From positions 24,118,001-24,182,000 of the forward strand of contig NC_047063.1 in assembly GCF_902459465.1 (NCBI RefSeq): a DNA stretch of 64,000 nt, read 5' to 3'. Source of the stretch: Asterias rubens (lineage: Eukaryota). Below are positions 1 through 13,171 of this stretch, in pieces. The notes beneath the pieces are model-generated. The model did not search any database and was not told where the DNA came from. It was given only the letters and a program-made list of their open reading frames with translations. Numbering within the stretch: position 1 is the first letter of the stretch; the number at the start of each line of letters is the position of its first letter. A program made the position numbers and the translations under genes.

Positions 1-3000
1 TCTTTACTAATAAATAATAATAATAATAAATAATATTTATAGGGCGCCTTTTACTAAGGAAGTTTTTATGACTTCGCAACTTCGACGATCAATCGAGCTC
101 AAATTTTCACAGGTTTGTTTTTATTTATGCATAATGTTGAGACAACAAGTGAGAAGACTGGTCTTTTAATAAATAAATACAAAATATCAGATCCAGATGG
201 GTTTCTGTTCCATGCAAAGGAAAGACTCTGCGAAGTGTCGAAAACGTGAGACAATCAATAATTTATGTTTGCTTTGTGTATGTATGTACCGGTAGTATTT
301 GTATTATTCCAACAACAAAACACATTGCACAATAGACCTACACAATGCTGTCTGTTTGACCAGCTGTGGTTACAAGTTTCATATAAATAAATTCTGTTAT
401 TAATTATTGTATGCATCAAGGAATTATGATTTAAAAGGCACTGGACACTATTGATAAGTACTAAAAAATAATTCAATTGTTAGCATAAACTTACTTGGTA
501 AGTTTCTATATAAATCACTCATGAATGCATTTATATGAAATGTAGAAACATTTTTAATTTTGGCCTGTATAATTTTGTACACTTAAGTTGTCATTAATCT
601 TTGAAGTTTTGATCAGAGATTAAAGAGTCATATAAGACTTTTATAATATCATGTCATTGTGCAGTTCATAATGATAAAGTATTTATTTTACATCACTGAT
701 GCATGTAATTAAAAATAAAAGAAAAATAAACATACAATAATAAGCTAACTCATTCACTTCTGACTTAATTTCAAGCGCAAAAATAGAACTTATTATAGAT
801 GTCAAAATTTGTATTTAATTAAACACGAGTACAGCGGTATGCCCACAGCTGTGGGATGGAAAAAGGAAAACAGCGCCCTGGTATTGTGCCAGTAAACTGG
901 GAAGAATTTGTTAAGCGTCGTTCGCGTAAATTAGCAGTCAGGTTTGTCTGTATAATTTTCTTCTTCTTAATTCCTCCTTACAGTCCCATGGCATGGTGCG
1001 TGCCAAATAAATGCTGATTTTAATTTTTTTTTTACCTAAAATTATACAAAGTAATTGTCATTGAAAACAATAACAACATACATTGACCATTTTGACACTG
1101 AGTGATAGTTTTTAAAGGATTATATAGGTACTTTTCGTAAACACAATGTTTACAGATTTACATTAAATTTACTCTGTTTGAAGATTTGATAGTAGAAAGC
1201 GTACCTTAAAATACTAGTTGCTGAGATGCTGTAGTTTTCAAGAAATGACCACTATAACAATTAGTTGCGATAACGTAACCCTCCTGTCGATGGCGTAGCC
1301 TCCCGCGGGAGGGTTACGTTATCGCAACTATGTAACAATGTAATGAAAATGCGTTTTTAGTTTACATGCTAAACAAATAATTTTCGTCTCATGATCTAGA
1401 TCTCTGACCTCAGCAAATTATTTTTTCAGGGAAGCTTTCTACCATCAATATCTTCAAACAAACTGTGTATAGTCATAGAGTATAGTTAAGCTAATGTTAA
1501 TTTGTGGACATGTGGGGTTTTTTTTCCTACAAAAAGAACATAATATTAATATATTAATATTATAATTTTATAATAGAATTAGAAATATATTTATAGAACC
1601 TTTAATTTAAAAAAACTTCTTATAAAAAAAGGAGCCATCGATTAAATTTATAAGAAATTGGAACCTGAGATATTATTATAAAGAATAAGTGGTTATAACA
1701 TGGAGCAATAAACTAGATTGCTTCATGGTTCTAAAAGGAACAAGAAATTAAAAGAGCATCCGAGTGAGTGACATGATCTACACGTTATATAAATCTAAGA
1801 AATAAGAGTAAGGCAAACCAAGTGACGTGGCTCACTTACACCATTAAATAAAATGTAAACAAAACTGACAACGTGTGTTTATCCTGCAAAGTTGGTGGAT
1901 AACCAAGGATAATTCTTCTAAAATTATTTTACAGACTAATATATTCATACCATTCATACTGTCAGGCTGTTGGTTGCTTCCAACTTCGTGCTCTTTTACG
2001 TTCACGGCAAATCCCCTCACTTTCTCCTTTGCTCCTGCCATGTCCGTTTGGTTAGAACATGGAGCAATGACCTTGTGGAATTGAACTCTTGACCCCACAT
2101 CCTCGTTCAATAGTATTCCAAAATGCCTCCGTAACAAAAATAGTAAAATTTTCAGGACAAAATTATATACGTACTTTTATTTGTAACATTTTATTTTCAC
2201 GTTAAAATAAATGACAAATTTATATCAATTACGTTTTTATTTTCAATTAGAAGGAACCGTCCACCCACTTGGGAAAAAGGCAACTGTTCATAAACTTGAC
2301 TAAGTCCTTTTGTTGTAATCAGAGTCGTGCGGTAAATTAATTTTATTTTTTGTAGGACGGAGTGTGGTGACCCGTATGTCCAATGCTAACTCGGGCCGCA
2401 GTTACATGTCTCTAGGGCTCAGCAGCCTCTATGGCCCTTTATAATACAGTGGTAACTTCCATACGAGAACCGAGGAGGGTTTTCTCAATTCCATTGGAGA
2501 GAACAGAGGGCGGCGTCGGTCTTTTAGACACCAAGAAAGAGGATACAGTGTAAAAAAAAAAAAAAAAAATGTTGCCAAAAATACGGTGACAGGGGGTGGG
2601 TTGGGGGGGGGGGGTGACTTCGTTTCCTGCGACATATACTCATCTTTCGAAATGCAACAAACTCAGTGAATAAAGTTTCACTTGGATGAGAAGCCCTGTA
2701 TGAATGGCCCCTGTTTGCTGCTGAGGAGAGGTGTGTGTAGTTTTTCAAGATTGATGCTCGGACGTGAAATGTTTTTTCTTTGGAGGGAGAATAACGGCAA
2801 CGGGTCCTATCCCTACGGCACTCACCGTCCCCCATAATCATGGAGCAAAAGATAAAAGTTCACTATATAGTCAAATAATATTTTAACAAAAGGAGTACTA
2901 GTAACTACAGAATACAGGGCCACACTCAGCGACATCCCTACCCTAACCCTAACCATAACCCTGGTGGGGTGGCCTGTATTCTATCTGTGAGACTTGTTAG

Positions 3001-3737
3001 TGTCGGATATTAGAGTTTTCGTGAATAGTGCGCCATAGTGGTGCCGCTCTTATACCCGGAAGAGCATACACCCGTACATACACCAGCTCCATGGTTCCAC
3101 TAATAACACGGGTACCGTAATCACGTTATGAGGACTTCAAAGGAAAAAAACACCGCCAAAAGAGGACGAACAAACACATTTTTTTATCTGATGATTTTGG
3201 TTTTACTTTCTACCATGGAGGCTACCTCCATGGAGGATTCGTTCATGCTTCTATACATAGGCCATACCCCCCATCGCATCTACTCACTCATTTCGATGAA
3301 AGATTTATAGTGTCCTTTACAGTCATAGCTGGGCTACTTCTTCACACCCCACACACTGAACTTGAAGGCAGTGGACACTATTGGTAATTGTCAAAGACTA
3401 GCCTTTACAGTTGGTGTATGAAAAAATGGAGATATGAAAAAATGACAGAGTGTACTGTTTATGGTTATACGCCACTGAGCGGTATGTCCTTTGATGGGGA
3501 CAGTGGTGCTTTATCCTCCATGTTATTGTTCACTGTGTGACAGTTTCCTTGCTCTATGGTTGAGTGCACATCTCTCTGTCAACCGGTGTGGCGGTTTCAA
3601 CTTTCCGCCGTGTTCAGTTTTCCGAATGACCAAATACGGTAATTACATTACGTCATGCGATGCCTGCGCACAGCAAGCGAAAGTAGTCTATTTTTAGTGC
3701 CGTATTGAGTCATCCGTGTTACTCTCCGGTAGCTGTC

Positions 3738-6700
3738 ATGGCGGCGTCCACGAGTACAACGAGCGGCGAACGCGTGGATCGTATGAGAGAATTTGGTGTG
3801 AACAAGCAAATTATCCTGTATTTATACCGAACGAGCGTCAGAGAATCAGAAGAATGTTTTATTATTCTGGTTTAGTTTATTAAATTGATTTATTACCGTT
3901 TTTTATTTTATTTTATTTGTTTAGTTATTTTTTTTATTTCACTGAGTACAGTACTTGCCAGGGTACTCGCGGCGGTATTTTTGTCTGGCTACGTCACCTG
4001 GAAAACTGAACACGCCGGAAAGCTAAAACCGTTCAAACAACGTGTTGAAATGTCCGGCTACGTCACCCGGAAAACTGAACACGGCGGAAGACTGAAACCG
4101 CCACACCGGCTTAATGTTGCGACCCGCGGTCTCCTATCCCCTCAGCTGGGGGACGGGACAAATTTGTTGCCCGATAGTGGTATAGTGATATACCATAGTA
4201 CATAAGAGCACTTGGTTCCTTGCTCATGGAGGAAGAATTTAAAATTAGATTTCTTCTCAGTTTTCTTCCTCCATGCTCTCTATGGATATACAATAGATAA
4301 CGTTAACCGCAGTCACCCTCTCACAAGTTTCTCTCTACCTATACACGGTATGCTGATATTGATAATGTGCTGCGGGGCTATAGCTCATGATGAGATATGT
4401 GTCAGACCATGGTCAGGCCTACACAATGATTGTTTGCATGTTAGACCTCTAACTTCAGTCCTTTTGTTATGTCTACCTGGACTAAAATGCCTCTATTCCA
4501 ACGAATTATGCAGTCAAAACTGCTCTGGGAACTCAAACAAAACCATCCTAACCATCCTACACAACGCAAAAATAATTTTCAGCCAGGGACTTTCGCGAAG
4601 AAAGAACATCCGACGGACTGTATGAAGTTTAATTGTGTACACACACGTGTGTTGGGTATTACTTTTAGTGTTACATCACATTATTACACCACAGAACCGC
4701 CGGCGAACGGAGAAAGATGGTGGCGGTTGTACACTAACTAAGGGAACTAAGTACGGTACGATTGAAGTTTTAAAAAAATGTCATATTGTAAGGAGGAAGG
4801 TAAGAATGCATAGCTTGTATCTATAATTACATGTGGAGGACAATTTTTGATTGTACATGAACTAAGCCCAAGTCCCATGAAGAATGAAAAGAGCTTCGTC
4901 ATTAATCCGGTTAAACTTATTTAATGTCTGATGTTTATTTTGATTTTGAATGTAAGACCATGGTCAGACAACTCGTTCGTTCGGTCGAGTTGTCCATGGA
5001 GGTAATTCTACCTCCATGAGTTGTCTGAACCGTCGAGCTGTCCGAACGGATAAGTTGTCCGACGGACGGGATCCCTAACTTTCCGTATGGCGCCACCACT
5101 TGTTCACTCATCTTTACAAAAAGGTATATATCAATCAGGTAAATTAGATACTATATTATTTTATTTCGAATGAAAAAGTGGTGGTGCCATACGTAAACTT
5201 TTCCGCAAATTTAAAAAAATGCTTGAATTGCAGATACGTAAATTTGTGAAACGTGTTAAGGTTTGGAGGCAAAATTTAGGAAAATGCTACAATACATTGC
5301 TATTACTTCCAGAAACTATAATTATAAAAAGGCTCCCTTGCTCACAGGGGAGCCTTATAGTTTTTAGAAGTACAATGCTATAGGGGTTATAGAGTACTTT
5401 TGCAATTTAATTATTTCATTGTAAAAAGAAAAATAAGAAGAAAAAAAACATCTTTTGACCCAATTCACCTGACGTCATCATCAGAATATTGGATGCGCAA
5501 TGTCACTGTGCATTATTCATTAAAGTGCGCTGCATTTTAGGTGACGCGACATTTGCACGTAAACTGATTGACCACCAAAATGGTGAGCGTGGCACAGTCA
5601 TCGCGTCTGACCTGTGTGCAAGGGGTCAATATATTTAATAATTAATAATTGTGGCTTCTTATATAGCGCACATGTCCGTCACTCAGTGACGCTCTAGCTC
5701 CTGGCACTGTAACATACAGTATTTCCTGCAAGATGTGGGACTACGTATTTTAATTTGGTTTGCAGTAACTGACATCATGTGTACTTACATCTTGCCAGGT
5801 AGAGTTTGTTCCTTAGAGAACTGTCTTGCTATATTCATCTCCCTAGTCCCGGCACGAGTAACATTGGTGTGCTAACTCGACATCCAGCATCGATTGGTTA
5901 AGGACGCAATGACTATCATTTATCAAGTTGTTAATTTATCCAACAATTTTCAAAGCAATGGGCCAGTTTACCTTAAGCATCTTCACTCTATTTGTTTTAC
6001 TAGTTGACTCTGAGTCTCAACAATATGTTTTTACTCATAAAACAAATTTTACCAAATATTTTAGTCTTGCTAGATGTTGTTCGCCATATACATGTACATC
6101 TACATGTATCCCAAACAAGCTATTGATTTTGGACTCGCTTAAGATTTTTTTTTCTTCTGAGTTTGTCATGTGTCGCAGCAAGTTATTTATGCTGGCACTT
6201 TTTGTTGGTTGATCTGATTACAATCAAATGCTGGTCACTCCGTTCTATCCAAGCATAGAGTAAGGATCCAAGTCATGGATGAAGTGTTTTTATAGAGACC
6301 CAGACAAGCTATTATTAGTCTTGATTTTACCCTTTTACATCAATGTGTATTAGCACTGTACACTCAGTACTTTTTGAGTTTGGTATATTACTCGTGTGGG
6401 ATTCAAACTCACAACCTTTGCAATTCTACAGACTAGCTAACAGGCCTGATGCTTGGCTTTTGAATAGTACACGACTCTGAGGAAATTTGAATTTTCTAAT
6501 TGCAACATTTTAGGGGGATCTAAGGCAATCACTCACTCACTCGATCGCCCACAGGTGGGCAACAAGGCAAAGACCAGAGGCAATGAAGGCAATGTCATCC
6601 AGTGCTCTCTTTTAAGTATCAGGGGTGGATTTCACAAAGAGTTAGGACTAGTCTTATCTCGAGTTAGGACGAGTTACTCGTCCTAACTTAGGACTATCCA

Positions 6701-8489
6701 TGCAATTTGAATATCTCCTAGGACTAGTCCTAACTCTTTGTGAAATCGACCCCCTGCCTACTAGTCTAGAGACTTTTTAACTTTTACAAGGCTTTACCTT
6801 TCGATTAAAACATGTCAAGGGGCTCCAAGGCAATAAACAGGCCCATTGGCACTGTAGCTGTGAACTGATTTTTTGTGTGTATGTTTTGTACTGAACTGTA
6901 TTTCTTTTATTTTATTGTTGATGAGTCTCTTTACTATTCTGCATCTATAAATGATGGTTTTGTAAATCAAATATTGATTTTTGTGAAACAGTTTAGATGT
7001 GTGGTTTATACTCATTTTTCTGAAACCATCTTTATAAAATACTCCCGAACACTTCTTTTTTGTTCTCCCAATGCTATGGTTGGACTAAATACATAATGTA
7101 GCAACATCCCGTTTGGTTTTTGTGCATGAAAACTACGTGAGGATGTCCTCGCTCTGTCTGAACAACCACTTTTGTTTTTGTTTTTTTATGTCTTTCAATC
7201 CTGGTTTGGGTTTTTTGGAGTTTTGAACAAAAAATGTCATGTTTTTTTAGGTTTGCAAATTCTGTAAAACAAAGCCTTATTGCTGATTTGTATTGCGTTG
7301 GAACATCCCAAAGTCAATAGAATTTCTTGTGTGATTATGCCCACTTGTGAAAATATGTAGCTCGTACATGTATGATTGGTGACCATTTTTGTACAATAAG
7401 AGCGCTTTGGTAAAACATAATAAAATAGATCGTAGATTTATAATAACAACCTTATTACTGAGATTGTACATTTATAATTACGACCTTGTTACTGAAGGAG
7501 TTCAGTCCTTGGTTCAATAGCTAGACACGCCTTACAAACACACAGTGGTGGAAACATCACTTTGCCTCTGTTAAGGGTCAGAAGATGATCACCCAAGACT
7601 AATAATTCTCTGTTGTTTTCCATTGATACCAGGAAAGGACAGGATTATCTTTGTGACCAAAGAGGACCAGGACGAGCCCATCCTGACGAAAGATGTCAAA
7701 GAGCTAGGGACAGAAGACTCTCCAGAGGAGGGAGAAGGTATAATTGTTGGCGTTTGGCCAGTGTTAAAATAATGTCATGGTTACAGCCCTTGAAATTTAT
7801 AAGCAAAAAATCCCTGAACCACCAGGGCTTGAATTATACACTGGACTGCATGGATCGCAATAATGGTGTTCTCTTGTGTGTCTTCATGTAGTGTATTCCG
7901 AAACCCCTCTCTGCTGATCAGAAACACCACAGCTTGAGGTCTATTGTGCTTGACTACTGAATTACAACACACCAAAAGATAATTAGTTTTGACTAAGATT
8001 TAACTTTGATTTCTCCCAACAGGTCTGATCCTTGAGAATGGTGAGATCAACTGGAACTGCCCCTGCCTTGGGGGAATGGCCAGCGGGCCGTGCGGAGTGG
8101 AGTTCAGGGATGCCTTCTCCTGTTTTCACTACAGTGAGGAAGATCCCAAAGGGTCGGATTGCATAGACAATTTCCGCACCATGCAAGAGTGTATGGTCAG
8201 TTATCCTGATCTGTACCCTGTTGGAGGAGAAGATAAGGCTGAAGATAAGAAGGAGAAGGAGGAGCTGGCAAAAGATGAAGCATCTTCATCAATACCGGAT
8301 GAAGATTCTCAAGTTAAGAGTGCTCCTACATCTGAGGAGAAGGAGGAGCTGCCGAATGAGGAGGCATCTTCATCATCACCGCATGCAGAATCTCCAGTGG
8401 AGACTGCTCCTCCATCATCTGTAGAACATAAAACTGATGAAATTGCAGAGGAGGCGAAGGTATCAGACCAGCCAGAGAGTAAATCTTGA
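3738..8489 (+). CDS. CHCHD4: Mitochondrial intermembrane space import oxidoreductase MIA40/CHCHD4, 3 coding exons, 204 aa
   Basis: Exons 3738-3780, 7633-7737 and 8023-8489, GT-AG with consistent phase 1. Translation has [11 protein letters not shown], the CPC redox motif ([15 protein letters not shown]) and twin CX9C ([11 protein letters not shown] / [11 protein letters not shown]), then an acidic tail. Exon 1 is assigned by ATG context, a gtatga donor and phase match, and is less certain than exons 2-3. Confidence 0.95.
6621..6755. mobile_element. Palindromic MITE family E (TIR GGGGTGGATTTCACAAAG)
   Basis: Clear inverted termini and an AGTTAGGAC-rich interior. Related copies at 11052-11114, 30952-31086, 48870-48963 and 55757-55901. 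Related ATTTCAY-TIR elements at 14891-15075, 21081-21317 and 42990-43079. Superfamily not determined. Confidence 0.75.
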
Positions 8490-10113
8490 TGTCTGTTCAT
8501 CATCATGTTAATACAGAGACTCTTTATAGAAAGTAGTTATTCAGTATTCACTAATAATGGTGATTATTTGATTTGTAAAGTGAATGATAAAATCAAGAAA
8601 TTTGCAGTTGGATATCTTTTGAAAAGTCAGAATTTTCAGGAGCCAGGTTTACAATTTTGTTTCTACCATGTACATACTTTTATCAATTCCACCTAAAAGT
8701 GAGTGCGTTTTTTTATCTTGAGAATGTATCGACCACCCTGTTCATAATTTGGACAGTTTTGGACCACTCAGTGTGTATTATCAGAACCAGTTATTAAAAT
8801 AACTAAGAACCTTTTGTTAAGCAAGTATTTGGAATAGCCTTTTATTAAATTCACATGAGGTTTAGAAATTCTGGTTAAGACCATCTGGATCTGTTTTTAT
8901 CAAGTTTCTTTCTCTCTCAATATCCCTTTAACGCTTCCATAGTTCTCAGCATCCCGATGCTATAACCGATGTTTTTAAACAGCTTGTAACGAATGCGATG
9001 TCTTGTGATGCTTGAGGAGATAGCAGCAGAAATGCCAGGTCCAAATAACATAAAGCTGTTGAAAACACTCGACACCTTTGTAATTGTCATAGACCAGTCT
9101 TTTCACTTGGTGTTTCTCAATATTTGCACATAATAACAAACCTGTGAAAGTTTGAACTCGATTGGTCGTTGAGGTTGCAAGATAATATAGGGTAGAAAAA
9201 ACTACTGTTACATGAAGTTCTTTCATGCTTGATAAATCAATTCAAATATTTTACGTAGAAATCACTAATTAAAAAAAACTATGTTACTTCAGAGGGAGCA
9301 GTTTCTCACTCAAAAGTTCTCCACTGCTTGTTACCAAGCCAGTTTTTATGCGAACAATTATTTTTGAGTAGTTACCAATGGTGTCCAGTGCCTTAAAGCA
9401 GAAATTACTGCTTGGGAATTTTCTTTGCTTTAAGCAAAAAAAATGAGTGGCCACCAGTTGCAACAATGTACATGCTTCATGGAATTTTTGGCTGGTAACT
9501 AGGTTCTATTAAGGAAGATTTTTCTGTGGTTAGCAAGTTTTTATGCTTACAGGCTTTATGAAATTTGGCCCAGGTAATTCACCAGTATTTGTATAGTTCT
9601 GAGCGAGGTTACTTTCCTTCCTCAATGTTAAAAGGTTGTACCATAGCTGGGGCTCGGTCATGTTGACATGACTTTGATACTTCTAGGATGCAGCCCGTTC
9701 AAATGATGTTACGAACATTACATCATTGGTTTTTGGTAATAAAACAGTTGTTGGCAGTGTAAGCACCTTATGTAAAGGCACCATATACATTAATTGACAA
9801 ACCTGTAGAATTTTTAGATCATTCGGGCATCTGGTTCACGAGAAAACAATGAAAAAAGGTTGCACATTTTGAATGACATCGATTAAAACAAAAATGAATA
9901 AAACTAGCGGAAAATTGGTTTTATTTATTGCTCAATATGACATTTCAGACATTCCAAGGCAACATGTTCCTTACACATTTTTGTGAGGACGTTCTGATTT
10001 TTTTAGTACAAAAAGCAAAGGATCAACACTGTTATTATTTTCAAATTGCAATAAAATAGAGCTATACAATGATACACATTTATTGATAGTTAAATCTTTC
10101 GTTCAAAGGAACA

Positions 10114-10724
10114 TTATTTTGATGTCAGGGGATGGACGCCCAGCCCAGTTGAGACGCTGAGTGCGCCATGCCAGAGACTCGAAACGAACCCTTTAGCTGT
10201 GATGACCTCTATGGGTGACCTCAACGAACTTATCAGGAATTTCGTGAGAACTAAACAGTGACACGTGTCTCGATGTAATGTCAACTCAAGTTCCGTTGAA
10301 GGTCAAAGCCAAGACTTTTTAAGCACATGGAGAGAACTGCTGATCACATTGTGGTATAATGTAAATGGCATTAAAACAAGAGATCGCAACAGGTTCATCG
10401 TGTATAATAAAATCACTTGCGGATGTTTTTCACTCGAGTCGCCTGCTATAAATTTAAAATATACACCATAACAACAGAATAAGTGATATATGACTATTTG
10501 TATGGTTACGTATTGTTGCATGAAAGAGCTCTGTGGAATGAGACGGACAATTATATAGATGTTTACATACCAACTTCAATCCCTTGACATCGAAGGTAAG
10601 CAGCATGCGCGTCATCGTCAGCGGGAGCCTCATCAGTTGGTGGTGGTGGGCTTGTTTTCCCCTCCGTCAACCCCTTCTCCTCCTCGGACTTTGCAGATTT
10701 TTTGACCGCACGACGCCTTGCCAT
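10114..10724 (-). CDS. Candidate orphan small-protein gene; exon 10724-10571, putative second exon 10250-10114 (about 96 aa)
   Basis: GC-rich, codon-like exon MARRRAVKKSAKSEEEKG...AYLRCQGIEV with a good start context (ATCATGG) and a G|gtatgt donor. A phase-compatible open frame follows after an AG at 10251-10252, with minus-strand AATAAA at 10079-10084. No homology recognised; the second exon has a weak acceptor. Confidence 0.3.
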
Positions 10725-11124
10725 GATTTGTCTGTGGTATTTTCGATACACAATACATGTATACACAGCAGAGAGACAGGCACAATCTGTGTACGTTTCA
10801 AAATTAACACGTCCGTCCCGCCGACACGGGTCACACTCAAAATCTGGTGTTAATTTTATGAGCACAGCAGGGCTAGGTTGCGCTGTTGATCTATTGGGGT
10901 TCCAGTTTAGATTTCTCTATGCACCAACTATATACCAGCATGATTGCTTAATAATGGACATTACAAGTCGGTCTGCATATTTTAAAGGATGTTTTCACTT
11001 TCTGCTGGTAGGGGTTATAACACATTTTTTAAACAAATCGCTATAAAAGATCAGGGGTGGATTTCACAAAGGTAGTCCTAGGCAATGCTAAGAGATTTGT
11101 GAAATCCACCCCTGCTAACTAACT

Positions 11125-11320
11125 GCCGCCATTCTGCGCCTTGAAAGCAAGCAACTGAATGTCTAACCTCGTTGTGGCACAGTTGCGAATGTTTTACATT
11201 TCAATCACTGTGAGAGGTTATAACACATTTTGTAAACAAACAGCTAAAAAAAACATAGGTCTTATAAAAGATCAGGCCAAACTAATATTATAATAATATT
11301 GCCTCAGTGCCGCCATTTTG
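11125..11320 (-). promoter_or_regulatory. Duplicated YY1-like motifs within a diverged tandem duplication
   Basis: GCCGCCATTTTG at 11309-11320 and GCCGCCATTCTG at 11125-11136. Each is followed by similar sequence (gaaagcaa...cctcgttgtggcacagttgc...ttttacatttcaat). Confidence 0.45.
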
Positions 11321-12216
11321 CGATTTGAAAGCAAAAGTGATCTGTTGAACCTCGTTGTGTGGCACAGTTGCAATGTTTTACATTTCAATTACTGTGAAGA
11401 CCAATTAATTAATAAGTGGGACAATCTCATTAGGATTATAATAGTAATCCCCAATTCTACCATGTGCCTGTCTTCGTGCAATCATCTGTTCCTTCCTGCA
11501 ACTGGTGCAATAAGGTAAGGATATAGAATGTCTCATTTTTAGTGCTAAAGAAGGGTACACATTCAAAACTGTCACCTCGGCTGTTACTTGTATCTCGTTG
11601 TGGTATTATATGAATGTCTCAGTCCAGGCTCGAAAAGCACATGTAAGGTTGCTCTTTTTTAAAACAAACGACTCATCACTGTCTCAACAAAACGCCCATA
11701 AAAAGTGCATGTCGTGTCCCCTCCCCCCCCCCCCTCCCCTATCTCTCTCTCTCTCTCAAAAAAAATAGGTTGTTATGATGAAACAACACCTGATTTTGAG
11801 GGATTTATTTTGTATATGAATCATTATACTCTAAATTGTTCAACTTTATAAATGTATGTCCCGTGCCCCCTCCCCCCCCCCCCCCCGGATTTAATTTCAT
11901 TACATGCACACAATGTTTGTTTGTTTGTTTGTGGATTTGTTTTCTTCGAGCCAAAAGACTAGAGTCCTACCTCCATGCTGCCTCTGTGAGCAAAAAAATA
12001 AAACCTTACCCCAAGCTGAAAACAAAATGTTCAGCCCCCCCCCCCCCCCCCTTACACTGACCATGGAGGAAGAATTTCTTCCTCCATATGCACTGACAGA
12101 ATACGGCAGCCGAGGTAGGTAGGATAGGTAGGGGAGCGAGAGCCGGGGCCGGGTTCGAGAAAGAGGTTGACTGCACAGCGCGAAAGTTTGAGGAGGAGTC
12201 TAAACTACTTACGAAA

Positions 12217-12255
12217 ATGACAACCAGGAGGAGCGAACTAAAAAGACCAAGTTAA
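12217..12255 (+). promoter_or_regulatory. 12-codon uORF in the putative non-coding first exon of CENPK
   Basis: ATG ACA ACC AGG AGG AGC GAA CTA AAA AGA CCA AGT TAA, 13 nt before the gtaagt donor at 12269. Assumes the TSS lies upstream of 12217. Confidence 0.4.
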
Positions 12256-13171
12256 AGACAGAATAAAAGTAAGTGTGTTAATTCTATAATTAAATTTATG
12301 TTTGAAGATTGACGAGTAACAAATTAAAGATTATTTAAACGGTAGGCTGGGGACTGAAGTGTAAAATTACGTGTGCGAGGTGTTCGGGTTCGGCATTGCC
12401 ATTTGCAAACGCATTTTATCTAATTCGTGAAAAATACCTTAGGCGTAGCCTGCCTACATAAAAAAAGACTTATTTTTATAAAATATCAAGCACAAATCAC
12501 AATCAATGGAAAACGGGCAATATTGCTGTCAGTGACTGTATAATTGTTAATTGTAACCAATACTTTTTGTAGTGACATACTTACTATACTATAGACAGGT
12601 GAGGTAGAAAACTTTTGAAAACCCCAAAGTATAATAAAAAATTAACACTACATTGTAGGTCACGGTGTTAGTGTTATTGTTACTAATGTGTTACTGTTGT
12701 TATGTTAGGGGTTTTTTCGGTTTTAAACTTAATTATTTTATTTTCATAAAAAATTATAATATTATGATAATTATAAATTATAATATATATAATATGTCAC
12801 GTTAGGGATAACTTTACGTTACTCCTCGAACTATTTCGGTTTCGTCCGGCTATCGTCTCCCGTTACGGGAGACGGACGAAACCGAAATAGTTCTAGGAGT
12901 AACTTTACGTATGGTGACACCACTTTTTCACTCATTTTGACAAAAAGGGATTTTTTTTGTATATCTCATAAATTAGATTAGATTCTAATCTAAGTACTAT
13001 TATTTCATATCGTTTGTGGCGTGGGTGGAGATGTGACAGGGTGGTAAGGAGTTAAATAAACAGTTCTAGACCTTGTTTGTTTTACAGTTTCAGAGCCATT
13101 CCTGAGTTCACGATGCTTTGTTTAAGACAGTGAGTGATCACTAACAAGCGCCCTGTCCTCACCATCACAAA

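Noticed and set aside
1844-2841. Minus-strand ORFs and splice-like sites (ACG|gtgagt near 2826; ORF 1844-2137)
   Set aside because: I could not assemble a phase-consistent exon chain or recognise a protein. It may be UTR, lncRNA or a decayed element; RNA-seq is needed.
4212-4826. ORFs in CHCHD4 intron 1
   Set aside because: No domain similarity; the amino-acid composition looks like non-coding sequence.
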